From an uncultured Gemmataceae bacterium (GTDB taxonomy: Bacteria > Planctomycetota > Planctomycetia > Gemmatales > Gemmataceae), in contig CAVVPN010000004.1 in assembly GCA_963750165.1 (NCBI GenBank), positions 672,001 through 736,000 on the forward strand: DNA of 64,000 nucleotides, given 5' to 3'. Position 1 is the stretch's first letter. Each line of letters begins with the position of its first letter. A program made the position numbers and the translations under genes. Shown here piece by piece: positions 1 through 12,000 of the stretch. The notes under the pieces are model-generated. The model was not told the origin of the DNA. It did not search any database and saw only the letters and a program-made list of their open reading frames with translations.

Positions 1-3000
1 CTCGCCGCCGAGGTACAGCACCGGCTCGGTGCCGAGGTAGTAGCGCAGGTCCGTTGCGGTGTAGGTCGCCACGTCGTACTTGGCGAGCAGCACCGGTTCG
101 CCGGCATGGTGCGTCACCGGCCGGCCATTCACGGTGATCGTCGCCAGCGTGTACAGCACCACCTGGCCGTTGACGATCAACGGCTGGTTGTTGGCGCCGA
201 CGACTGGCTGGCCGACCTGCACCGGCTCGCCGCCGTGATAGGTCTGGGCCACGCCGTTGGTCTTCACCTGAGTCACACCGTCCGCGATGTACACCGGTTC
301 GCCGGTCATGTGGTCCAGCGGGTTGCCCTGGGCGTTCACGATGGTCGAGGCGGTGTACAGGATGGCGGCGCCCGTGGTCGGGTCCGTCTCGACATCGCCG
401 TTGGCGTTCACCACCGGCTGGCCGACCTGCAGCGGTTCGTCGCCGAAGTAGAACTGCTCGTCGCCGGCCTGGTGCGTTGCCCGGTGCTCGATCACCACCT
501 TGATGATGACCCTATCGGTCATCGCCAGGTGACTCAGGCTCAGGTGGTTCAGTTCCACCAGATCGTCGGCGCTGCCGTTCGGGGCCGGGACTACCGTGAA
601 CTCGCTCGGGTCCAGGTTGAACACGTTCGAGGTCGAGAGGTCGATGACGGTCAGCGTCACCGCGTCGCCGTTCTGCAGCCGGTACGGGAAGCCCTCCGAT
701 TGCAGGTCGAGCGTCGGTTGACTGCTGAGCGTCAGCGGCACATACTTCCGCTCGCCGGCGAAGTGCGTCGGGTGGCTCGCCAGCTCGGCCGCCGTCCACA
801 CCTCGACATTGCCGTCGGCGTCCAGGAGCAGCTGGTTGTTCGTGCCGACCATCGGTTGGCCGGGCAGGATCGGCTCGCCGCCGTTGTAGGTCGAGCCGGC
901 GCCGACCAACGGCACCCAGCTGTCGAAGGTCAGCGGCGTGTACGGGTTGCCGATGTCGAGCAGGTTGCCGTTCTGATCGACCACCTGGTACACCGGGTCG
1001 CGGCGGAAGTGCAGTTCCGCGTCGTCTGGCTGGTGCTGGAAGACGCTCTGCAGCAGCAAATTGCTCACCAGCACATCCGACGTGCCCACCTCGTTGATGA
1101 GCTTGCCGGCCGACGTCAGGAACAGCGTGGTGCCGCTGATCGAGTTGATCGTGTACGAGCCGTCGTTGTGGTTCGAGTTCTGGATGAAGATCGTTTGGCC
1201 GGCCTGGAAGCCGTCCGCCGTCCAGCTGCCGCTGCTGCGGGTGATGCTGTCATGCGTGCTGCCGGCCATGAAGGTCAGCGTCGGCTGACCGGTCATCTGC
1301 ACGAAGCTGGCGGTGCCGCCAGCCAGCGTGTCCGCCAGCGACAGCGTTAGTGTCTTGCCGTCGGTGCTGATGGCGGCCACGGTGTAGGTGCCGTTGTTGG
1401 CGCCTGCCCCCTGCACGAGGATGCCATTGTTGACCTGGAAGCCGTCGGCGCCCCAGTTGCCGCTGTTGCGCGTGATCGTGTCACCGCCGCTGGCGTTGTG
1501 CGTGAACGTCAGCGTCAGGCTGGCCGCGACCGCGACGTTGGTCGTCACCGGCACCGGCGCCGTGGACGTGGCGATGGTCAGCGTCAGGTCGGTCAGGGCC
1601 GTCACCGTGTAGACACCGTCGTGGCTGGTGCCGACCAGGCGAACAGTGTCGCCGGCGGTGAAGTTGTCGTCGATCCAGCTGCCGGCGTTGCGCGTGATGG
1701 TGTAGCCGCCGCTGATCGGCGCGAAGGTCAGCGTCGGGCTGCCGGTCAGGGCGCCGACCGTCACCTCGGAGGTCGTCGTCACCACGGAGCCGGTTTGCAC
1801 CTGAATGCCCGAGTCCGGGCCTTCGTTGGTCAGGTGGTTCGACGTGGCCAGCGTGATCGTCGTCGCGGTGACGGCGTAGATCGTATAAGCGCCGTCGTTG
1901 TGAACGGTGCCCTGCACGACGATGATCTGGCCCGCCTGGAAGCCGTCAGTGACCCAGCTGCCGGCGCTGCGTGTGATCGTGTCCTGCGCCGGCGTGCTGA
2001 CGTTGACGTTGGTCAGCGGCCCGGCATCGACCAGCTGGGCCGAACTCGTCAGGGTGATCGTCGCCGCGGTCAGGCTGGCGATGGTGTAGTAGCCGTCGTC
2101 GTGGACCGTCCCCTGCACCTGGATGACCTGGCCGACCTTGAAGCCGTCCGCGATCCAGCTGCCGCTGGCGCGGGTGATGGTTTCGCCGTTGCTGCTGAAC
2201 GTCAGGGTCGGGTTGCCGGCCGGCTGGATCAGGTTGTGGTTGAACGTCAGCGTGCCGGCGGCCGAGTTGGCACCGTAGTGAATCGGGTTGCTGGCCGCGC
2301 TGCTGACGTTGTTGACCACCGGTTCGCCGCCGATGTCGCGGACGAGGTTGCCGTTGCTCTCCACGGCCAGGTCGCCGGCGTAGTGCAGCACCGGATCGCC
2401 CGCCTTGTGGACCTCCGGGTTGCCGAACGGGTCGAGCACCGGCAACTTCGTGTACAGGTCCAGCACCGGCTCGCCGCCCTTGTACAGCAGCGGCGCGCCC
2501 GTGAACGGATCCGTCACCGGTTCGCCGGCGAAGTACGTCTGGCGATCCGGGTTGCTGGCGTTGCCGTGGAAGACCTGCTGGCCGCTGGTGGTCAGCACGT
2601 CCACCGGCACCGGCACCGTCGCCAGGGTGCCGGTCAGGTTGTTCGCGTCCGCCGAGCCGGTGATGTATACCTGGCCGGTGCCCGTCGCGTCGGTGCCGCG
2701 CACTTCCACAGGTTGCAGGTATGGCATCACCTGCGTGCGGTCCACCTGGATCAGCGCCGGGAAGTTCGTCGGCGTGTTCACCTGGAAGCCGTTGTTGTCG
2801 ATGTACAGCAGTTGGCGCCGACACCGAAGTCCTGCACAAAGGAGTCGTGCAGGGCGGTCTGCACCGTCGCGCCCGTGATCGTCTCGTTGTGCAGGTGGTC
2901 CGCGGCGCTCAGCGTCAGCACCTTGCCGGTCGTGTCGATGGCCGAGATTGTGTACGACCCGTTGTTGCTGTTGGTGCCGGACACATAGATGACATTGCCG

Positions 3001-6000
3001 ACCTCGAAGCCGTCAGTGATCCAGCTGCCGGTGTTGCGCGTGATGGTGTCGCCGGCCGTGCTCACGTGCGTGAACGTCAGCGTCGTGTTCGCCGCCAGCT
3101 GCACCGGCGTCAAAATCTTCTTGCCGGCGTCGTTCAGGTAGACCGGCTGGCCGCCCTCGGTCGCCGGCTCGTCGATGATCGCCGGCGGGTTGTGGATCGT
3201 GTTGCCCGCGGCGTCGGTGCCCAGCGGCGCGAACGTCAGGTTGCCGTTGCTATCGACGTAGACCAACCCCGTGGTGACGACGCCCGGCGGGATGGTGCCG
3301 GTGTCCACCGTGCCGTTCGGCACCGGGATGATGTCCGGCGGGTTGGGATTGCTGCCGGTCATTGTCGCGGTGGTTTCGTTGCCGTTGGCGTCCAGGTACA
3401 GCAGGTGGCCGCTCACGTCGCGCTTCTGAATGCCGAACTCCTGCACGCCGGTTTCCTGGATGCCCTGTTCCTGCACCAGGTCCATGACCGGGTTGCCGCT
3501 GGCGTCCAGCACGACGCTGTGGACCTGCAGGTAAGCCGGGTTGGCGGTGAAGTTTTCCAGTTGCACGCCCGTCGCCGTCAGCACCGGCACGTTCGTGAAG
3601 TTCTGGTTCATCGGCTCGACGATGGGGGCCAGTGTCGCCCGCACGTAGGCCACCGTGTGGCCCGTGCTGTCGGTGTAATACTGCACGCCGTCGGCCGCCG
3701 TCGGGGCGGTGTTGATGAACACCGTCGGCAGGTTGTTCAGGATGCTGGCGTAGGTGGCGGTGTTGACCAGGGCGGTCGTCTCGTCCAGGTGCGTGTCGCC
3801 GTCGAATGTCACATTCGACAGGATGTTGCCGAAGTGGCTGTTGTTGGACACGTTCAGCGTGGACTGCCCCGGGCCGCCGTGGATGGCGACGGGAGCGCGG
3901 GCCTCCTGAATGTTGTAGGTGTCGTTGTGCAGGCCGCCTTCGATGTCGATGCTCATCGGCGGCGGCGGGTTCGTGACGCTGGTCGGCGTCGCGCCCAGCG
4001 TGAACGTGTTGTTCAGGGCGCTGGGCAGCCGGATGTCCAGGTGCTGCACGTCGGTCAGCTCGATGCCGTAATACGGGGCACCGTCGGCGTCGTGGCCCAG
4101 CGGCGTGTTCGGGGCGGCGTTCGGCGGGTTGATGCCGAAGCCTTCCAGGCTGTAGTAGTCGTTGAAGATCGGCAGGCCGGTCGTCGGGTCGGTCGCCTGC
4201 GTGAACACCGTCTTGCCATTCACGGGCGTCGCGCTGGCGATCTGCTGCGGAATCTGCCGCAGTTGCAGCGAACCGACGTTGTCGCCCGCGGCGGCGTTCG
4301 TCGCCAGCTGGTCGTCCACGATGACGGTGTTGCCGTTCACCTGGTTGCCGACACCGCCGTCGATCCGCAGGTGGCCCAGGATGCCGGAGATGTCGTAGAC
4401 ACCGGTGGCCATCAGCGCGAACGGGGCTGGCTGCACGGTGACCGGCGGCGGCGTCACCAGCTTCGTGTTCTGCACCAGCTGGCCGACCTGGTAATTGATG
4501 GCGATGTCGCTGACCGTGAACTCGACCACCGGGTCCAGGAAGGCGAAGAACGAGTTGAACTTGAAGTTAATGTTGGTCACGTTGCCGACCACGTTCGGCC
4601 GGCTCGGGTCGGTCTTGAAGTACGGCGTGAACACACTCAGGATCTGCTGCACCAGGTTGGCGTAATTCTGAGCATACGCCTGGGCGGCGTTCAGGAACTG
4701 GCTCGGGTTGAGGGCCAGCGAGAAGATGCTCGAATAGCCCAGGGCACTGAGCGGCACGTCGAAGGTCACGGCGCCGAGGTTGTAGCTGGCCGGCGAATAC
4801 TGGACGGTCGGCGGCAGCGTCACCGTGAACGGCGGCGGCTGATACGTGTACGACGGCGGCGTGAACACCAGTGGCGGCGGCGTACCGCCCACATGAATCG
4901 TGTTGTCGCCAGTGCCGCCCGCAACCGTGACGAACGTGTTCTTGGCCGTGCTCAGCACCCAGATGTTGTCGTTGCCGCCGGCGCCATCGACGACGATGGA
5001 CTGGATGTTCGAGAAGGTGACGATACGGCCGGCGCCCGCGACGTAGGTGTTCGTGATGATGAAGGTGTCGTCCAGCGGCGTGCCGATGACCACCAGCGTG
5101 TTGGTGCCCGGGCCGCCGATGATGTCCACCGGGGCGTTTTGCAGGTACTCGTAACGGTTGGTGCCGGTGCCGCCGAACACCGTTTCCAGGTTCGTGATCT
5201 TCTTCGAGTTGGTCGGGTCCTCACGCAGCACCAGGAACGTGTTCAGCAGGAACAGGTTGTTCCCGGCCCCGCCGTGCAGGTACAGCGTGGCGCGGTTGTG
5301 ATCGACCTCGAAGTTGTCGTTGCCGGTGCCGCCGAGGACGAACAGCGGATTGCTGTTGCCGTTGGTCATCGCGGACGTGTTGGCCACCGGCACGCCGTTC
5401 GGGTACTCCAGGGTGCGGTTGCCCGGGTCGGGAATGAGCGGCACCGTGCCGACCTGGATGTTGTCGTTGCCTGAACCGAAGTTCACCACCGTCAGCGCCG
5501 CGGTGTCGTTCGACAGCACGTTGTCATTGCCGCCAAACGTGCTCACCAGCACGTCCTGCACGCCCTGGTAGGTGATGGTGCTGTGGCCCGGCTTGGTCGG
5601 ATCGCCGAAGATCACCGTGCCGGTGCGTGAGGCGCCGGAGCCGGCGGCGTTCAGCGTGATGTTGTCGGCGCCGTCAGTGCCGTTGACGATGAGCTGGCTG
5701 GAGCCCGCCTGCACCGCTGCCGGCGCGATGGTGATGTTCGCGCCCGACTGGCCATCGGTGCTGATGACGTAGTTCTCGGTGTACGGGTCGGCGGTGTCGC
5801 CCATGTTGTTGAGCGTCACGCTGCCGGTGAAGGGCGTGACGTGGACAGGGACGCCGCCGACGTAGATGACGCCGTTCTTGTTGCCGACCACCAGGGTGTT
5901 GTTGTGCGCGCCACCCTGCATGATGACGTTCGCGAAGATGCCGGTGATGTCCTCAACGATGGCGCCGCTGGCGTAGTGATCGGCCAGATTGTTCGGCACC

Positions 6001-9000
6001 AGGTTCGGCAGCGGCGAGGCCATGAGCACGCCGTCCAGCGACGATTCGCTCGGCGGCATCGTGGTCGAGTAGGCGCCGCCGTTGGTGCCGAGGATCGAGC
6101 CGATCACATATTTGTTGCCGAACAGCGACATGTCACTGTCGTGCGTCTGGATCAGCGTGTTGGTGCTGGTCGGGCTGATGAAGGTGTCCAGCGCCCCGCC
6201 ACCGACGAAGGTGTCCGAGCCCTGGCCGCCCTCAAGCGTTTCGTTGTACGGCCCGCCGATCAGCATCGAGTTGCCGGCGCCGGCGATCAGGGAGACGGCG
6301 ATCAGGTCGGGGTACGTGTTGGTCGTGTCGAGCGGGTTGCCCAGGCCGCTGGCGTCGAGAATGTCGCTGCCGCCGCCGCCGTTGACCGTCAGCGTGTCGC
6401 CCTGCGAGCGGACGCTGTGGTACAGCACGATGGTGGTGATGCCCTGATCGACCACCTGCACGTCCTGCATCACATGGCTCGGGCTCGGATCGATGGCCGA
6501 GACCACGAAATGGTCGCTGCCGGTGTCGCCCTGAATGAGCACGTTCTTGGCCGTGCCATCCGGAATGAAGGTGTAGGCCGGCATCGTGACGCCCTGGCTG
6601 TCGGTCACGGTGCCGTTGGGCACCGCGGTGGCGCCGAGGTCCACCGTGATCTTCGGCACGTTGGCGTTGCGCAGCGAGCCGATGGTGACGCTGCCGGCGC
6701 TGGTGCCGGAGTCCACGTCGATCTCGGCGACGCTGTTGGCCTTGATGGCGCCCTGGAAGGTGCTGCCCTGGTAGCCGGCGACCTCAACGTTGTAGTCGCT
6801 CGGATGGGAGATCACGATGTTCTGGCCGGTCGTGTTGCTGCCGGCGGCGATGGTCACCTGGCCGCTGCTGGCCGCTACCGTCGTGGTGCCGTTCGCGGTG
6901 TTGAACGGCCACTTGATGAGCGTCTGGCCGCCGCCCGGGAAGATCGAGGCGTAGCCGCCGTTCACGTCAATCTCGCCGCCGGCCGAGCTGCCGTGGATCA
7001 CATCGCCGGGGACGTAGCTGGAGATCCTCGACACGCCGGAGCCGGTCGTCACGCCGTCGCCGGTGCCGCCGTAAATGGTCGCCGGCCCGGTGCCGTAATG
7101 GACGATGTTGTCGGTGCCGGCCCCACCATAGAAGACGGAGCCCGCGGCGCTGGCCGGTCCGGTGTACAGGTAGCTGGCGGTGCCGGCGGCCTCGTTGCGC
7201 ACGTCGAGGGTGGCCGGGCCGCTGCCGCTGTCGTCGAAGATGTTGTTGCCGCTGCCGCCAACCAGCGTGACCGGCACCTTGACGCCCGGATCGACGACAA
7301 CGTTGTTGTTGCCGTTGCCCATGTCGCCGACGATGCCGGTCACGCCGGTGAAGGTCTGCGAGCGGCCGAACGCCGTCACCTTGATGGTTTCGCCGTTGGT
7401 GGTGCCGCCCAGGTCGTCGATGGTGTAGTCCTCATCAACCGGCGTGCTGTCGGTCGGCTCGCCGATGCCGCGCGACCCCGACCGCGGTCCGGTGTTCAGA
7501 TACAGCGTGCCGCCGCTGAAGCTGGTCGGGTCGCTCTGGCTGCCGGCCAGGTAGATCGGCGCCGGGATGGTCACGTAGCCGATGGTGAAGTCCGCTCCCA
7601 CGGAGATCGAGAAGAAGAAGAAGTGCAGCGTGATCCCCACGTGCAGATCCAGCGGCACCCGGCCGCCCGTGCGCAGCGCCGTCAGCGAGAAGTTGATGTC
7701 CACGCCGAACGAGATGCCGAAGATGTGGACGCTGACGCCGCCGGAGCCGGAGACCGTGAACGCATGGTCGTCCAGGCGGATGTCGAAGGTCAGGTAGCCG
7801 GACAGGCCGAAGGTGGACGAGCCCAGCGAAATCATGCCGGATACGTGCAGATGGAAGTTGCCGTTCGACTGCAGCCAGCCGTTCGCCTGCACCGTGGCCA
7901 GGCCGAAGAAGTCCATGCTGGCGTTGACGGCAATGATCCACTGGCCCATGCCCAGGTTGGTGGTGTACGTCGTCGCGTTGCCGTTGGCGTCGGTGTCCGG
8001 GACCGTGGCCGAGCCGCCGCCGACCTGGATGACGAAGCTGGCGTTGAAGTGCAGCACCGCCAGGATGTCCACCTGGCCGCTCAACATCAGGCGGAAGATG
8101 TTGGCGGGGATCATCACGTTGTTGTAGCCGCGCGTCTGGTTGGTCGTGTTGATCTCGAGCGAGCCGCTGGCGCTGATGTGGAAGATGCCGCCGAGGATGT
8201 CGAAGTCGAGCGACACGCTCAGGTCCAGCGCCAGGCCGGGGCTGCTGTCGTTGTAGATGCCGGCGAAGCCGGTGCCCGAGACGTTGAGCGGGCCGAGCTG
8301 GAACATCACGTTGAAGTACAGCTCGAAGGCGTTGTTCGAGATCATCACCATCACTTCGCCGCTGGCCTGGGCGAAGCTGCCGAAGCTCACCGAGCCCTGG
8401 ATGTCCAGCAGGAAGCCCGGTTGCAGCATGTGGCCGTCCTGCGTGGTCACGGTGGCGCCGGTGGTGTTGATCTCGAAGAAGAAGCTGGCGCTGAAGGTCA
8501 ACCCGACACTCTGGCCGAAGCTGCCGATGCCGGCGCTCACGTCGAGGAAGGCGAACAGGCCGGCCGACGTGACGCTCAGTTCGCCGCTCAGCTGGATGGA
8601 GCCGAGCGGGCCGAGCACGACATGGCCGTTGACCACGATGTCCATGCCGCTGGCGTTGATGGTGAACGAGAAGTAGCCCTGAATCTGCACGATGCTGGCG
8701 ACCGTTAGCGAGCCGCTCATGACCAGGCGGAAGCCGCTGGCGATGGGCTGCTGCACGATCATCAGGTTGCCGTTGGCGTCCTTCTCGAAGCCGTCGAAGT
8801 TGCCGTTGGCATCCTGGCTGATGGCGAACGTCGAAACCGTCTGCGTGGTGCTGAAGGTGTTGATTTCCAGCAGGAACTGGCCGTCCAGCTGCACGCCGGG
8901 AATCTTGTTGGCGGCCAGGGCCAGGAAGACACGGCCGACGACGCCGCTCTGGCCCGGCTGGCTGCTGATGGTCACCACCAGGTTCAGGGTGCCGGTCAGG

Positions 9001-12000
9001 GAGCCGAGGAAGCTGATGTTGGTACTGACGGCGCCCGTGACGATCAGCTGGCCCTGCGTGGCGTTGACGCCGACGCTGATTTGCAGGAAGCCGGTCAGGT
9101 CGAGCACGCCGCCGATATTCAGGTCCGCCTGGATGGTGGCGACGATGTACACCGCTGGCTGGGCGTTCGGGTCGCGGGTGCCGTCGAGCTTGGGCACGCC
9201 GGCGAAGATGGTGATGCTGGTCGGGGCGCCCGGGGGCAGCAGCGGCAGGAAGGCGTCCGGGATCATGAACGTCTGATCCTGCAGCGTCGTGTTGAACGTC
9301 ACCGTCACGGAGCCGGTGGCGCTGAAAATGCTGCCGACGTTGGGCAGGCCGATGTCGGCGCCCGCGGCGATCTTGAAGCTGCCGGCGACGCCCGGGTTCG
9401 TGCCGTCCAGGCCGGTCTTGACGATGAGCAGGCCGGTCGCCATGGCGTAGTTGATCGTGGAGCTGCCGCTGCCGAACGACAAACTGGCCGTGGCGTAAAT
9501 CTCGAACTCGGTCGGGTCGATCTTGATGTAGAAGCCACCGTTCAGGTTGAGCAGGGCACTGCTGGTGCCCGGCGGCTGCAGCTTGAGCGAGCCCACCACT
9601 TCGAGGGAGAAGCTCTGGGCCGCCAGCATGTACGTCTGCGTCAGGTCGCCGCCGTCGGGGCCGATGCCCGGGAGCGTCAGCGTCTCGGTCTTCACCTGGC
9701 TCGTGGTGTTGATCTGCAGTGTGCCCGAGGCGTTGATGTAGATGCCGTACTGCTCCAGCACCGAGAAGTTCGTTTGCACCGTCGCCACGCCCCAGAACAG
9801 CGGGGCGCTACCGTCCTGCGGGTTGGTGTCGAGGATGAAGATGCCGGCGGTCGAGCCGACCGTGCCCAGCTTGTAGATGCTCATCTGGCCGGAGAAGGTC
9901 AGCGTGAACACGCTCCGCACGGTGTCGATCTCGAGCTGCGCCTGCGCCTGGACCTCCATCAGCGGGCTGGAGGTCAGGCCGGCCGCGTTCAGGATGATCG
10001 CGCCCGAGATGTTGATGAAGAACGCCTGGGCGTTGGTGATGATGGTGAACGTCTCGGTCGAGGCCATGCCGCGGTTGCCGGCGCTGTCCTTCCACGCGCC
10101 GGCGATGAAGTTCACCGTCACGGTGCCGGTGTCCCAGCTGCCGGTGAAGGTGTAGCGGTAGGTGCTGGTGGTGCCCGCGACCAGCGTCGGGTTCGGGTTG
10201 ACGGTGATGTTCTCGCCGTTGGCGCCGGTCAGCGTGAACGGGGCGTTGACGATGCTGGTGGTGTCCACGGTGGCGCCTGGCGTCGGCGTGAAGGTCACGT
10301 CGATGTAGCCCTGGCCGTTGAGCGTCTCGCGGTCCACCGTCTCGCCGGCCATCGGGTTGGCCGTGGCGGCGGTGGCGCCGGCGACGATGAACGTCTCGGT
10401 CGCTTGCAGGTTGGTGGCGCCGCTGTCGTCGCTGAACTTGCCGGCCACGAACGTCACGGTGTAGGTGCCCAGGACCAGCGCGCCGGTGAACGGATAGTCG
10501 AAGGTCGCGGCGGTACCGGCCACCTGCGTCGGCGTGCCGAGCGGGACGTTGTTGCCGTTCGGATCGGTCAGCGTCACCTCGCCGCCGGCGATGGCGGCGG
10601 TGTTGATGTTGTGGCCCTGCGTCGGGTGGAACGTCACCTCGATGAAGCCCTGGCTGTTGATCTGCGTCAGGCCGATGCTGCCGCCGGCCGCCGGGTTGGT
10701 GACATCCGCCGTCGTGCCGTTGACGGTGAAGCTCTGCGTGTCCGCCAGATTGCCGGTGGCGCTGCCGCTGGTGTCGCCCTGGTCCTTGAAGGTGCCGGCG
10801 ATGAAATTCACCGTGACCACGCCCGTCGTGAACTGCCCCGTGAACGCGAAGCGGTACGTGGTGCCGTTCACCAGCGTGGGTGCGGTGTTCGACAATGTGA
10901 CACCCGCGGCGGCGCTGCCGGACAACGAGAACTTGGGCGCCGCGGTCGTGAAGCTGGTCGGGTCCAGAGTGTCGCCGGCCGCGGGGTTGAAGGTCACGTC
11001 GATGTAGCCACGGCTGTTGAGGGCGTTGATGTCGATGCCGGCGCCGTTGCCGGGGCTGTTGAGCGTCGCGGTGGCGCCGACCACGGTGAAGGTGAACGTG
11101 GTCACGGCGTTGGCGGTGCCGGTGACGGTGTTGCCGTTGACCATCGTGTCGGCGTCCTTGAAGGCGCCCGCCGGGATGGTCACCGTCACTGGGCCGAGCG
11201 GCCAGGTGAAGTTCGGCTGCGTGATGTCGTAGCGGAAGCGGTTGACGCCGGTACGCATCAGCGCATCAGTCATGCTCTCGCCGCTGTTCGGCACCAGCGG
11301 CGTCTCGCTGGTGGTGCCGTCCGCGTTGGTCGTCGTGACCATCGGCGTCGGCGTGCCGCTGACCGTCACCGCCGAGCCGTTGACCATGATCGTCAGCGGC
11401 GTGCCGGTCGGGTTCAGGATCGAGTTGTAGTCGAGCACCGCGCCGGTGGTGGCCATGTACTCGACATCGATGTACTGGTTGCCGTTGTCCAGGTGGCCGC
11501 TGCCGTTGATGCTGTTCACGTCCACGGTGCTGCCGGACGGGTCCGCCAGCGTGGCGGTCGGCGGCATGGCGTTCGACGCCGGCGCCGTCTCGGAGGTCGT
11601 CTGGAACGTCACCATCTGGCCGCTGGCGTTGCGGAAGCCCATCGAGATCGAGCCTTCGATGGTCAGCAGCCGCACCTGGTCGGGGATGTCTGCCAGGAAC
11701 AGCACCACGACACTGCCGTTGGCGACGTGCGACAGGTCGGCGTACAGCTTGCCGCTGATGCTCAGGGCACCGTTGAAGAAGTTCAGCGTGCCGCTGATGA
11801 GGAACTTGCCATCGGTGCTAATCTTGATGAGCACCATGCCGTTGAACAGCGCCTGCGAGGTGTAGATGTCGAACACCTTGGCGCTGGCGGTAATCAGCAT
11901 GGGCGAGGTGAACGCCGCCAGGAAGCCGTTCTCGCCCGGGTGTGATTGCAGCGTGATGAACTGCTGCAACACCTGCTGTTGCAGCGACGCCTGCCACTGG

